A program made the translations under genes and the position numbers. The notes below the pieces were generated by a model. It was not told the DNA's origin and made no database searches. It was given only the letters and a program-made list of their open reading frames with translations. Shown piece after piece: positions 10,896-21,237 of a stretch of 64,000 bases of DNA (the stretch's first letter is position 1; every line of letters begins with the position of its first letter). The stretch is from a virus. The stretch is from IMG/VR virus record IMGVR_UViG_3300047462_000185, positions 42,638-106,637 of that record, one strand, 5' to 3'.

Positions 10896-11183
10896 TCAAA
10901 CGAGATCGGCGGGGTCGACCTTCTGTTTCCAGGGCGCCAGCTGATAGAACAGCGGCTCCAAGCGTCGCGTTGGCTCGACAAACACGTAGGTCATGTCGAG
11001 CTTACGCTTGTCTTCGTCGATCGTGGTGCCCAGGAAATGCACCTTCCAGCGATGCGCCAGATCCTGGCCCATCGTGCTATAGCCGAACGGGTTGTCTTCG
11101 TCGGCCGTCGGTGCGTCCTTGTTGGCGCGAACCCGTTCCAGGGTGGCGCGCAGCTTCTTCGGGTATTGCTTCTTCTTTGCCAT
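10896..11183 (-). CDS. hypothetical protein
   Basis: GGAG SD, operon fit. Confidence 0.65.
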   Translation of the reverse strand: MAKKKQYPKKLRATLERVRANKDAPTADEDNPFGYSTMGQDLAHRWKVHFLGTTIDEDKRKLDMTYVFVEPTRRLEPLFYQLAPWKQKVDPADLV

Positions 11184-11235
11184 AGTATCTCCAATGGCTT
11201 CATCGGGCCGCGGGATGCGGCGAGCCTGACCGCCC

Positions 11236-12033
11236 CTATGCGGGGACGGCCTGCTCTTCTGCCATTTGGTTCCTCACGAATTCCTGGTAGCTCATGATCG
11301 AGCGTTCGATCGTAGCGGCGAGCTGTTCCAGGTGGGCGGCCTCTTCGGCATTGTCACCTGGTGTCAGCTTCTTCTGCATGATCTGGATCGCTTCAAGCAG
11401 ATTGAGTCCAGTGACCGCGGCGATTGCCTTGGCCGTCTTCGTGGGGTGAAGTGCTGCGACGGTTGTGCGCCGCAGGTTCTGTGCGATTTCCACGTAGGTG
11501 TTGTAGTATTGCCCACGCGGTTTAAGCACGGCATCGTCGGGGATCAGATCGCATTTCAGCTTGGTTGCGGCGTCGGCCAGGGTGAGGCCCTCAAGCTCGG
11601 CGCAAACGCGCACCGAGGCCCAGTCGAAAACCTTGCGATATCCTTCCGGCACTTCGTCCGTGATGCAATTGTTCATGGCTACCACGATCTCGGCCGGCCC
11701 GACCATGACCCCTTTGGTCGCACCGAAGACGACCTCGGCGCGTTGCGACATGGCAAGCGACTCGATCTCAGGGGTGCGGTCATGGGTTGGCATGTCGGGG
11801 TGGCTACGCCACTGCATCAGGGGCGCGGCCAGGTAGGCGCTCTGGTTCGGGGGCAGCGGATCATAGAGACCGAGCGTTGCTGCGAGCTCATCGAGCGCTG
11901 CTACCAGGTTCCCTGGCATTCCGAACCGTGCCGCTTCGAGCAGCACGAGCCGGGTGAATTCGCCGGGGTTTGCGATGATCTTGCGTCCCAACGCGGATGC
12001 CGTCATGACTTGTGCAACAGATGATGACATCAT
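11236..12033 (-). CDS. hypothetical protein
   Basis: AGGAG SD; paralog of 9918-10517. Confidence 0.7.
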   Translation of the reverse strand: MMSSSVAQVMTASALGRKIIANPGEFTRLVLLEAARFGMPGNLVAALDELAATLGLYDPLPPNQSAYLAAPLMQWRSHPDMPTHDRTPEIESLAMSQRAEVVFGATKGVMVGPAEIVVAMNNCITDEVPEGYRKVFDWASVRVCAELEGLTLADAATKLKCDLIPDDAVLKPRGQYYNTYVEIAQNLRRTTVAALHPTKTAKAIAAVTGLNLLEAIQIMQKKLTPGDNAEEAAHLEQLAATIERSIMSYQEFVRNQMAEEQAVPA

Positions 12034-12102
12034 GTTCTCCTGGTCGGCACGCGGGATTGCGTGCCGGGCAACAGCTTTTCAATGGCTATGCCACTCAGGC
12101 GA

Positions 12103-12663
12103 TCATCTCGGATCGCCTGGTTCGCTGTTGAGGATTTCCCATCCCTTCCCTTCCTGACCTGGGTGGACCGGTGCATACCGATGAACCTCCGGCTTGCCGA
12201 TCGCCAGTCCTTGTTCGCGCTCGATATGCTCTACAAATCGCATGAAAAGCGCTCTTCTGAACTCGGGATTGGTTTGCAGCAGTCGTCGGAATTCGCCGTA
12301 GACCTCGTTGTTGCTACGGGCATTTATCAGGACACGGGTGGGGACAGGATCATAGTGCAGATCGAATCTGAGCTCGAATTTCACGAGTGGCAGTTCGATT
12401 GTGTCAGTCTCTTTCAGCCGTTTCAGATCAACGGTTGAAAGAGCCATGTCGAACAGACCCTCAAAGGTGAGGGCCTCGTCGTGGTCGGCGAGCGGCTTGA
12501 TGATGATTTCATCGCCACCCTCGTCGCAGAGCAGGGTCGGTTTTTCGAACCTGACTGCCATATTGATCAGATCGATTTCGTCTTCGGTCTGCATCACGTC
12601 CAGTAGTTGCGCCATCGAAAGTTCGAGGCGTTTCATGCCGGATTTGTAAACTGAGAATTGCAT
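12103..12663 (-). CDS. hypothetical protein
   Basis: long ORF in operon. Confidence 0.65.
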   Translation of the reverse strand: MQFSVYKSGMKRLELSMAQLLDVMQTEDEIDLINMAVRFEKPTLLCDEGGDEIIIKPLADHDEALTFEGLFDMALSTVDLKRLKETDTIELPLVKFELRFDLHYDPVPTRVLINARSNNEVYGEFRRLLQTNPEFRRALFMRFVEHIEREQGLAIGKPEVHRYAPVHPGQEGKGWEILNSEPGDPR

Positions 12664-12672
12664 TGGGTTCGC

Positions 12673-13224
12673 CTATGCTGGTGGAACAAGTGCGGGATAG
12701 CGTGACCGAGCCACGTCTGTGACGTCGATCTGCGCCACGCTTCCGAACGATCCTCTGGTTGTCATGTCGTGGACCGCATCGCGGAGCGATTCGACCAGTT
12801 GGTGGACATCGACCGTGACGCGCTCATGCGCTTCGCGGCTGCCGCCCTGCCAGGCATCGATCACTTCGCAAGCCTCCTCGCCGGACGTAACGCCGTCGAT
12901 GAGAAGGTCTGTCGTTGCGGTCAACGTGACATCCACGCGCGCCGTGTATTGTTCTGGTCGCGGCGTGAACAGAGGCAGGTCGTCATCGTCCGCCCGATAG
13001 AGCGAGACGGTGGCGACGAGATTTCCAAGCATTCTCACTTGCACGTCCTTCTCGAACGAGAGCGCGACAAGCGTCTCGACCGGATCGGTGTGCGGGTGCA
13101 GCCGAGAGACAAAATCATCGAGGCCGAGGACACTGGTTGTGCCGTCGGCATGATGAATTCGGAATGACGGTGGCATTCCTGTCTCCTTCGATTGTTTGGG
13201 GGTGTGACGAGTCCGAAACGGCAA
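12673..13224 (-). CDS. hypothetical protein
   Basis: long ORF; true start probably MPPSF near 13176. Confidence 0.6.
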   Translation of the reverse strand: MPFRTRHTPKQSKETGMPPSFRIHHADGTTSVLGLDDFVSRLHPHTDPVETLVALSFEKDVQVRMLGNLVATVSLYRADDDDLPLFTPRPEQYTARVDVTLTATTDLLIDGVTSGEEACEVIDAWQGGSREAHERVTVDVHQLVESLRDAVHDMTTRGSFGSVAQIDVTDVARSRYPALVPPA

Positions 13225-13572
13225 TCGTCACGGAATAGATATGGTGCGCAGATCGGCCAAAATCAACGAGTTGGGGCCTGGCGACTCATTTGCATGTGTT
13301 TTTTTGTTCGGGCTTGCACGGGCGCCGGGTGCGGGATTAGGTTCTCGGCTTCGGTCCAAATGAAAACCCCCCGGCCTGGCGGGCCGAGGGGTCTGAAGGG
13401 ATCGATCAATTCGCTTGGCTGTTACCGCAGCCTTGCGGCGATGCTGGGGGCGTCGGCCCCGGCCCGGACTGATCCCGAGTCGCTTAGGCTTGGGATATAT
13501 GGGCTTTTCAGCCTCGTCGCAAGGCCTTCCGCAACGCGAAAGCACACATTGCTGTGTTTTCATGGAGGGTCG

Positions 13573-14640
13573 ATGCATTCGTCGTTCAACGCCCCGGCCT
13601 GCTCTTGGGCATTTTCAATCACAGCGCCCTCGGCGCACGCAAAGCTGCTGTTGGTAGCGGTGGCTGCGCATGCGGATCAGGACGGGCTGTCGAAGGTCTC
13701 GATCACGCGGTTGGCCGAGATGACGGATATGAGCTTGCGGGGCGTTCACAACGTCCTGGCCCAACTTGAGCGGGCACGCCTGATCGCCGGCGAGCGAGTG
13801 CCGGGCATCGTGACGGCCTACAGAATCAAATGGCGTGGCACCGCCAAGGAAATGGAGACCCCTGCACCGGATGCAGGGGTGGTTGTCGGAACTCCTGCAC
13901 CGGATGCAGGGGTGGTTGTCGGAACCCCTGCACCGGATGCAGGGGTGGTTGTCGGAACCCCTGCACCGGATGCAGGGGTTCGCGCGCGCGTAGATTCTGA
14001 ATCTCAGAGAGAGAAAGAAAGAAAGGAAGTAAGCAAGTCCTCAGATTCTTCTCCGCTTCGCTACGAAGAATCTGAGACCCCCCTGCCCCCCACAGAAATT
14101 CCGACAGCGGCACAACTCGCCAAGGCTGAGATTGGCGGCAGGATGCGGGACATTTGGAACGCGGTGGTCAAGCCGTTCCCGCATTTTGCCCAGTCGAAGT
14201 GGCTCACCCCGAAGCTGCTCAATCTCGCGGTCGAGCGGTTCCAGCACGAGTTCAACCGCAGCTTCGAGCAGTGGGAAGCCTATTGCCGCAGGTTGACCAG
14301 GAACGCGTGGCTCCGCGGCGAACGTCCGGACGACAGGTCGTGGCGCCCCAGCATCGAGTGGGCCATCCAGGCCGACACGGTGCTGAAGGAGGCCGAGGGC
14401 CGCTACCCGCCCGACCCGGAGCCGAAGCCCCAGGTCGTGCAGCCGATGCACGACGTCGATCCCACCCAGGACCCGATCTGGGGCAAGCCGAACAGGATCA
14501 AGCTCGAGATCGCGCTGGCGATGCAGCGCCCCGTGATCGACGACGCCAAGCTCCAGGAGCTGTCGCGCGACTACAAGGCGGCGCTGGTCGAGGCCAGAGC
14601 CGCCCAGGCCGCGCTGAGCGGGGCGGTGGCCCATGTCTGA
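13573..14640 (+). CDS. phage replication initiator (N-terminal HTH, lambda O-like organisation)
   Basis: AKLLLVAVAAHADQDG...SITRLAEMTDMSLRGV..L..LE HTH; internal iteron repeats; directly upstream of primase-helicase. Confidence 0.8.
   Translation: MHSSFNAPACSWAFSITAPSAHAKLLLVAVAAHADQDGLSKVSITRLAEMTDMSLRGVHNVLAQLERARLIAGERVPGIVTAYRIKWRGTAKEMETPAPDAGVVVGTPAPDAGVVVGTPAPDAGVVVGTPAPDAGVRARVDSESQREKERKEVSKSSDSSPLRYEESETPLPPTEIPTAAQLAKAEIGGRMRDIWNAVVKPFPHFAQSKWLTPKLLNLAVERFQHEFNRSFEQWEAYCRRLTRNAWLRGERPDDRSWRPSIEWAIQADTVLKEAEGRYPPDPEPKPQVVQPMHDVDPTQDPIWGKPNRIKLEIALAMQRPVIDDAKLQELSRDYKAALVEARAAQAALSGAVAHV
13858..13979. repeat. 33-bp tandem iterons (3 full + 1 partial), putative replication origin
   Basis: ACCCCTGCACCGGATGCAGGGGTGGTTGTCGGA x3.7, each with a 9-bp inverted repeat; purine-rich tract follows at about 14006-14037. 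Confidence 0.85.
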
Positions 14641-16540
14641 CGCTCGGCCCGACGAGACCCTGGAAGATGCGCTGGGGCGGCACGGCATCCAGCTGCCCGG
14701 CGCGCCCAAGGCTGGGCACACCTACGGCGGCCCACGCGACCGGCGCCAGGTCATGTGCCCGCATTGCAATGGCGGGAGGTCCCGCGAGGCCAACTTCTTC
14801 GTCACGATCGACGCGGACGGCCAGGGTGCGGTGTGGGTGTGCCATAGCGCCAAGCGCTGCGGGTGGACCGGGTCGGTGCGCCTGCAAAATGCACCCCATA
14901 TCAAGCGCGCCAAGGCGCCTCGCCCGATCCGCCGGCCAGAGCCGGAGCGTGACCCGCAGCTGCCCGAGCAGACCATTGCCTACTTCGCGGCGTTCGGGGT
15001 GCCGCTCGAGACGCTTGAAGAGTTCGGCGTGTTCCGCACCGTGCGGCGCTTTCCGGTCATGGACGCAGAGGGGCGCTTCACCGACGAGAAGCTGCCTCGC
15101 CCCTGTATCGCCTATCCGTATTACCGCGGCGGCGAGTTGGTGAACTGCAAATACAAGACGGTTTACCCCAGCGGGAAAAAGGCCTTCGCGCAGGAGTGGG
15201 GCGCCGAACGGACGATGTTCAACATCGATGCGTTCGAGTCGGATGACATCGGTTACATCGTCGAGGGCGAGGACGACGTCCTGGCGATGCGACAGTGCTA
15301 CCGCCAGGTCACCACGCTGCCCGACGGCAGTCCTTCGGCCAAGAAGCACGAGGAACCGGAGCAGCCCTACGACCCTGACCAGGACGACGATGATCGCTAC
15401 GAGGCGCTGCGCAACGAGCCGAAGATCTTGAACCTAAAGAAGGTCGTGCTGTGCGGCGACGCCGATGAGGCCGGGGCGCGGCACATGGAGCAGATCGCGC
15501 GGCGCATCGGCAAGGAGAAATGCTGGATCGTGCGCTGGCCCACCAACTGCAAGGACGCCAAGGACACGTTGAGGCTATATGGGCCAGAGGCATTGTTCGC
15601 CACGGTCGAGGCTGCGGTGCCCTACCCGATCGACGGGTTGGCCGATGTCGATGACGAGGAGATCGCCAGCTATAGAGCCGGCCTCGACGAGAAGCGCATC
15701 ACGTGCGGCATTTCGCAGATCGACCGCTACCTATCGCTCGCCGATTCGGGTCGCAACTTCATCGCCTGCACCGGGATACCGGGTCACGGCAAGACCGCGT
15801 TCTGGGTCGCGTTATCCGTGCTCTATGCTGAGACCAACACCGACTTCCACACCGTCATGTTCTCGGGCGAGATGGAGGTGAAGGAGATCGTCGCGGCGAT
15901 CGCCTCGGCGCATACCCAGAAGCCATTCTTCGATGGGCCGGCCGGCGAGGGCATCAGCACCGACGAGCTGGTCGATCATGTGCTGCCCTGGATGCGGCAG
16001 CACTACACCTTCATCGAGCCGGAGGACAGCAGGGGCGACAGCCCTCCGGTCGACTGGGTCGTCGAGAAGGGCCGCATCGCGATCCGGCGCACCAAGGCTA
16101 AGCTGTTCATCGTCGATCCGTGGCAGGAGATGGACATGTGCTACCCGGAACGGTGCAGCAAATCCATGTCGGCCTGGATCGGCGATCAGCTGCGCAAGTT
16201 CCGCTACTTGGGCCGGACCGAGCGGTGCAACGTGGTCTGTGTGGCGCACCCGTCGAAGTTGAGGCGCGACAAGGACGGCAAGCTGCCGATCCCTGAGGGC
16301 TACGATATCATGGACAGCCAGCAGTGGTTCTCGGTGAGCCGCACCGGCATGACGATTTACAGGCCGGGCGATGACAGCAGCCCCGAAATGAAGGTGCGGG
16401 TCTGGAAGGCGCGCTACAGCCAGTTCGCGATGAGGGGCGACACCTCGGTGCGGTTCAACAAGACGACGAAGCGGCTCTACCCCCCTCTGACCCAGGCCGA
16501 CATCGATTCGGGGCGCGCCTGGGGCAGCGACGCGGCTTAG
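14633..16540 (+). CDS. primase-helicase (T7 gp4/Twinkle-like)
   Basis: Zn finger CPHC, TOPRIM IVEGEDD and DADEAG, Walker A TGIPGHGKT, IVDPW, VAHPSK. Confidence 0.93.
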   Translation: MSDARPDETLEDALGRHGIQLPGAPKAGHTYGGPRDRRQVMCPHCNGGRSREANFFVTIDADGQGAVWVCHSAKRCGWTGSVRLQNAPHIKRAKAPRPIRRPEPERDPQLPEQTIAYFAAFGVPLETLEEFGVFRTVRRFPVMDAEGRFTDEKLPRPCIAYPYYRGGELVNCKYKTVYPSGKKAFAQEWGAERTMFNIDAFESDDIGYIVEGEDDVLAMRQCYRQVTTLPDGSPSAKKHEEPEQPYDPDQDDDDRYEALRNEPKILNLKKVVLCGDADEAGARHMEQIARRIGKEKCWIVRWPTNCKDAKDTLRLYGPEALFATVEAAVPYPIDGLADVDDEEIASYRAGLDEKRITCGISQIDRYLSLADSGRNFIACTGIPGHGKTAFWVALSVLYAETNTDFHTVMFSGEMEVKEIVAAIASAHTQKPFFDGPAGEGISTDELVDHVLPWMRQHYTFIEPEDSRGDSPPVDWVVEKGRIAIRRTKAKLFIVDPWQEMDMCYPERCSKSMSAWIGDQLRKFRYLGRTERCNVVCVAHPSKLRRDKDGKLPIPEGYDIMDSQQWFSVSRTGMTIYRPGDDSSPEMKVRVWKARYSQFAMRGDTSVRFNKTTKRLYPPLTQADIDSGRAWGSDAA

Positions 16541-16600
16541 CGGGCTTGCGAAACACATAACCGTGTGGTTTGTTGCGAGTCCCTTCATCCAGGAGCGATC

Positions 16601-16966
16601 ATGAGCGAGACCCAGACGCCACAGCCGGTCGACCCATCAGCGGCGGCGCCGGCGACGTTGTCCAACGATGACCTCGCTTCGGCCCTCCACGCGGCGCTGA
16701 GTCTGCCGGAAGGCCATCCCGCTGAAGGGCTTCTAATGGAGGTCGTGGCCCGGCTGCGTGCCTCGGGTGAGCTGGATACCGAAGACAAGGCCGTCGCCGT
16801 TAATCAAACCTCAGTCGGCACGGCTTACGGCGCCACCTTTCTGGATGGCATCGAACATGCCGCGAAGTTCGTCGAGGCCGGCGCGCTGGGCTGGCTTACC
16901 GGTCGCGCCCAGCAGGTCGCAGCGCTGATCCGGGACAGCGGAAAGGCCGCGGCTTCCAAACAGTGA
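16601..16966 (+). CDS. hypothetical protein
   Basis: AGGAG SD, overlaps next gene. Confidence 0.6.
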   Translation: MSETQTPQPVDPSAAAPATLSNDDLASALHAALSLPEGHPAEGLLMEVVARLRASGELDTEDKAVAVNQTSVGTAYGATFLDGIEHAAKFVEAGALGWLTGRAQQVAALIRDSGKAAASKQ

Positions 16967-17715
16967 AGCCAAAGCCCTTCCCGATCGCGCAGCGCCTGCT
17001 ACCCCTGTTCCAGAAGGGGATGAAGTCGCAATGGCGCGTGCCGATCTCAACCCACGTCGCGGAGTTCACCACGGCGTCGCGCGAGTTCTGGCAGCATGGC
17101 GATTTCGGGCTGGCGCGGCCTGATCCCGGTGATGCGGACCGGATGGGCGAACATTTGCGCGTGCCGTGCAAGCACGAGCACGGCCGCTGCAAGGTCTGCG
17201 ACGAGAAAGGCTGGCCCGAGACGACGCACCGGCTCTACCCACGCATGATGGTCGGCCAGATTCTTTGGATTCAGGAGGCCTGGGGTTACTGGAAAGGCGC
17301 ACCGCTGGCGCCCGGCAAATTCGTCGCCAACCCCAAGACCGGCGAGGCTGCGGTCTGGTCTGTCGACCATAACGGGATTCGCAGCCAGGCCGTGCCGAAA
17401 TGGCGTCCCGGCCCGCAGATGCCGCGCTGGGCCAGCCGCTACACCATGAAGGTGGTCAGCGTTCGCATCGAGCGCTTGCACCACATCACTGAGCAGGATG
17501 CGAGAGCGGAGGGGATGATCCCCTACCAGGGCGGCTGGGTCTGCGGCTTGCCTTGGGATGGTATGCCGCTCGGCAGCGCGGTCGAGGCGTTCCGCTGGCA
17601 ATGGGACTCTTCCAAATCTCCAGGTTTCCGATCGGACCCCTGGGTCGTCAGGATCGAGTGCGACGTTTATCCGGGCAACATCGACAGGATCAAAATACCG
17701 GGCCACACCCCATGA
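16963..17715 (+). CDS. conserved phage protein (ASCH/PUA-like)
   Basis: LWIQEAW...WRPGPQMPRWASR...VRIERLHHITEQDARAEG...PWV. Confidence 0.75.
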   Translation: MKPKPFPIAQRLLPLFQKGMKSQWRVPISTHVAEFTTASREFWQHGDFGLARPDPGDADRMGEHLRVPCKHEHGRCKVCDEKGWPETTHRLYPRMMVGQILWIQEAWGYWKGAPLAPGKFVANPKTGEAAVWSVDHNGIRSQAVPKWRPGPQMPRWASRYTMKVVSVRIERLHHITEQDARAEGMIPYQGGWVCGLPWDGMPLGSAVEAFRWQWDSSKSPGFRSDPWVVRIECDVYPGNIDRIKIPGHTP

Positions 17716-18056
17716 GCGCATCGTTGGGGCGCATGATGACGGGCGGCAGCAACCCGGCCTCGCAGAAGGCCCGCAAAGAGTGTGACTTCTTCCCGACCCC
17801 GCTGGACGTGACACTTGCGCTGCTGCGCGCCGATCTAGGCCCGAAGTTTTTCAGCACCCTGATCTGGGAACCGTTCGCTGGCGACGGTGCGATCGCCAGC
17901 GTGTTGCGTGCGAGTTGCCATCTGGTGCGCTGCTCTGGCGTCCTGATTTCCTCAGCCTCGGTCGTCCCACAATGGAGGCGCAATGGTGCGTCTGGGACTG
18001 CGACTATTCCGGCCCGACCCGATACGAACCGCTGCGGCGTCCGAGCCGCGCCATAG
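17712..18056 (+). pseudogene. truncated phage DNA methyltransferase N-terminus
   Basis: DFFPTP..VT.ALL...IWEPFAGDGAI..VL SAM-binding start, then similarity is lost; no NPPF/Y motif. Confidence 0.6.
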
Positions 18057-18444
18057 GAGAGTGAGATGGACGAAGACGCTGAATTCTTCGATCGCTTGGG
18101 CACTTCGACCGGCCCGAAAATGCATGGGGCGCGGGTCAGCGGCATCGAGTGTGCCCAGCCAAGCGGACAGCCACCCTCCACCATGCAGTTGAGCGGCCAT
18201 GATGGCATCCAGCGCTGGGCCAGATCAGGAGACCTGTTCTGGCGGGCCTCGGAAAGTTGCGAAAGTCTGATGCCGGCGTTCTATCGCTTCGACGCTCTGC
18301 CCAACATCGGCCTGGTGGTGAAGCGCACCGCCACGGTATTATGTAGCAACGGGCACCAACTTGCCGATGCGCGAAGGGCGGCCGATCTGCGAAAATCCGG
18401 AGGGAACGTGACGTAGGAGGCGCGCCATGTGGGCGCAGTCCATC

Positions 18445-19266
18445 TTAATCGCCGTATTCGTAGTTGGGATCATCCACGACCTCGAAGCGGCGCGTCTGCC
18501 TGTTATAGCGGCGGCAGAATGCCATATACCTCCGCACGCCAATCCCATCAGCGTATTGAATGTAACCGATGAAATAGACGAATGCTTGCCCAGCGGCGTG
18601 GGCATCGTCCTGCCACTCGCGCAGGCTTTCGGAGTCGAATTGGGCCAATGGAACTCCAGTCCCCGGTTCGACCGTGAGGCTGCCCATAGACGTCTTTTCG
18701 TCGCTGTATTCTGGAATCGGTTCAAGGATTTTGGGGCCAGAGAGTTTGACGGTTGCATTGCTCTCGGTGATCGTTCCTGGAGTTCCGCCTATGTTGGCGA
18801 CGATCCATTCTATTTTGAGCGGCCGTCCTGGGCGGGGTTCTTCCAAGCTGATGCGTTTGACAACGAGCTTTGGTCGAAAGGTTGCGACAAGGGCCTTCTC
18901 GGCCGTGTCGGCCGATTTGAGAGCGGCATTAGCCGCACTGGCGGCGTCTTTCGCGCCAGCCTGGATCAAACTCAACTGCCAGACGAACAGCGCAGCCTGC
19001 CCGATCGCAACGAGGACGAGCGCCAGTGTCAGGGTGGTGATCGGCTCATACGTCGAAGGAGCCCAGAGGGATTCCCCTATCTTCTTGTCGCGATCTACCT
19101 CATTGGGATTTCCGGCGTGTTCACCGTTCGTTGGATAATGAACGGTTCGGACGGCAAAAACAGCCATGACCAAGATACAGACAACGAGGAGCGCGACTAG
19201 CGCGGTCTGCGTCCGTTCGATCTTAGAGGTCTTCAAGCCTAACCCCGTCCATCCCCAACGCAGCAA
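18445..19266 (-). CDS. hypothetical membrane-anchored protein
   Basis: two hydrophobic segments then AANAALKSADTAEKAL..RP; start uncertain. Confidence 0.6.
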   Translation of the reverse strand: MLRWGWTGLGLKTSKIERTQTALVALLVVCILVMAVFAVRTVHYPTNGEHAGNPNEVDRDKKIGESLWAPSTYEPITTLTLALVLVAIGQAALFVWQLSLIQAGAKDAASAANAALKSADTAEKALVATFRPKLVVKRISLEEPRPGRPLKIEWIVANIGGTPGTITESNATVKLSGPKILEPIPEYSDEKTSMGSLTVEPGTGVPLAQFDSESLREWQDDAHAAGQAFVYFIGYIQYADGIGVRRYMAFCRRYNRQTRRFEVVDDPNYEYGD

Positions 19267-19462
19267 GCGTAGCCAGCAAGAAAGTCGCGGTCAGCGTGCC
19301 ACGACTTAGCTTGTTGGTGATCGACGCTTCTGTCTCCTTCAAGCCGTGCTGATCCAGCCGGCGCGCCAGTTCGGCGTAGGTGACGCCCGCCCGCTTCAAC
19401 TCGGCCTTCAAGAACCGGGTGGCCTTATCAGCCAGCTCCTTCTCGGTCGCGGCCAGTCCCAT
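19223..19462 (-). CDS. DUF6471-like HTH protein
   Basis: LKAELKRAGVTYAELARRL...ETEASITNKLSRGT. Confidence 0.85.
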   Translation of the reverse strand: MGLAATEKELADKATRFLKAELKRAGVTYAELARRLDQHGLKETEASITNKLSRGTLTATFLLATLAALGMDGVRLEDL

Positions 19463-19566
19463 AGCTACCTCTCAAAATCAGCGGCAGCCCATCATATCCG
19501 ATATTTTCCTGTAGACAAAGGCTGCTTGTCCTCTCACTATCGGTCGGTACCAACCGATAGTGATAG

Positions 19567-20541
19567 ATGCCTCAGCACTTCCTCCTGTCAGCAAAGGCCC
19601 GGACGCTCTCGCTAGCGTCGGTGCTGCGCATGACGGACGAACAGGCTGAGACGGCCTTCATCCGCATCCGCTGGGCGGCGACCGAAGGCAAGCCGGTGTG
19701 CGTCCATTGCGAGTGCCCGACCGTGTGGGACTGCCGCAAGGCGAATGGCTTGCCCCGCTGGCGCTGCAAGGCGTGCCGCAAGAGCTTCTCAATCACCAGC
19801 GGCACGATCTTCGCTTCCCGTAAGATGCCGCTGCGCAACTACCTCGCGGCCATCGCGATCTTCGTCAACGAGGTCAAGGGCAAGTCGGCGCTGGCGCTGT
19901 CCCGCGATCTCGGGTGCCAATACAAGTCGGCCTACGTCCTTGCGCACAAGCTGCGCGAGGCGATGGCGTCCGAGTTGAAAGGGCTGCGGCTGGGCGGTCC
20001 CGGCCGCGTGGCCGAAGTCGATGGCGGCTACTTCGGCGGCTACGTAAAGCCGTCCAACCGCGTCGAGAACCGCCGTGATCGCCGACTTGCCAAAAACCAG
20101 AACGGCAAGCGCCAGGTGGTCGTCGTGGTCCGCGAGCGCGAAGGCCGCACCCTTCCCGCAGTGTTCAAGTCGGAAAGCGCCGCACTCGGCTTCATCGCCC
20201 GCAGCGTCGCCAAGGACACCCAGATGATGGCCGATGAAGCCCCGTCATGGAACGGGCTGCATGCGCGGTTCGCCATGCAGCGGATCGACCATCAGGCGAT
20301 GTATTCGGACCGGGCCGGGGTCTACACGAACGGAGCCGATCGCCAGGGCGAGACCGAACCGGAGCAGGACAAGGTCTCAGACATCATCGCCGGGCGCGCG
20401 CTGGCCTGTCTCGAACACGTCCGGAAGGTGCGGTTCGGCGAGGCGTCGGCAAATTTCCAGATCTCGGATAGCGACAATCTTCCCCTCATCGTGAATATCA
20501 CGGTCAGCCTCGACCGCAACAAATGGACGCGGCACACCTGA
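19567..20541 (+). pseudogene. IS1595-family transposase, C-terminally truncated
   Basis: Zn ribbon CVHC...WRCKAC, SITSGTIF, AEVDGGYFGG, MMADE; diverges after GVYTNGA (about 20337) where ESFFS is expected. Confidence 0.85.
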
Positions 20542-21237
20542 TGTCGTTCTGGGTGGTAAGCGTCATCGTCGCGCCGCTCGCGGCCGAAGTCGCCGCCGCC
20601 TATCTCGACTGCCGACACTGAGTAGTCACTAAACCCCGGACAGGAACATCACATTCTCGTCGCCCCCATCCAGCACTTAGCAGCGATTGAACTGACGGAG
20701 GCGAATGCCGCACTCGTTCGGTGGGGGCATCGCATGGGCGCATGCAGCCGGCCCAACGCCGTCATCTGGCCGCATGGCATGTTCCAGCATGGGGAGTTGG
20801 TGGCCGTGACGATTGGGTCGTCGCTGATCAGAGAGCGGGTGGTTGGAGGCATGACGCGGGAGAACGCGATGGAGTTGGCGAGGCTCTGCGCGGCTCGGAC
20901 CGATCTGTGCCGCGTGATGCTTCGGCTTTGGCGCGAAATGATCTTTCCGGCCTATGGCTACGAGTGGGCAATCAGCTATCAGGACGAGGCGCTGCACTCG
21001 GGCGATACCGCTTTGACGGCTGGGTTGCACTCGGAAGGTCGCGGTCCGGCACCGATAGCCGGAGCGGCCGGAAAGGGCGCAACAAGACGATCTGGGGATG
21101 GCACCCCGACCCTGCCGTGCGGGCCGCGCGGCGATCGACCACCTAACCCCGATCTGATCCTGGAGTTCCGCGCCGGTCAGGGGCGCCGCCGATAGCCGCG
21201 ATTTGACAGCGCTGGCCGGCCCGTTCCAGCGTGGCGC

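Noticed and set aside
13858-13979. 33-bp repeats as CRISPR
   Set aside because: Head-to-tail with no unique spacers, and in frame within a rep gene
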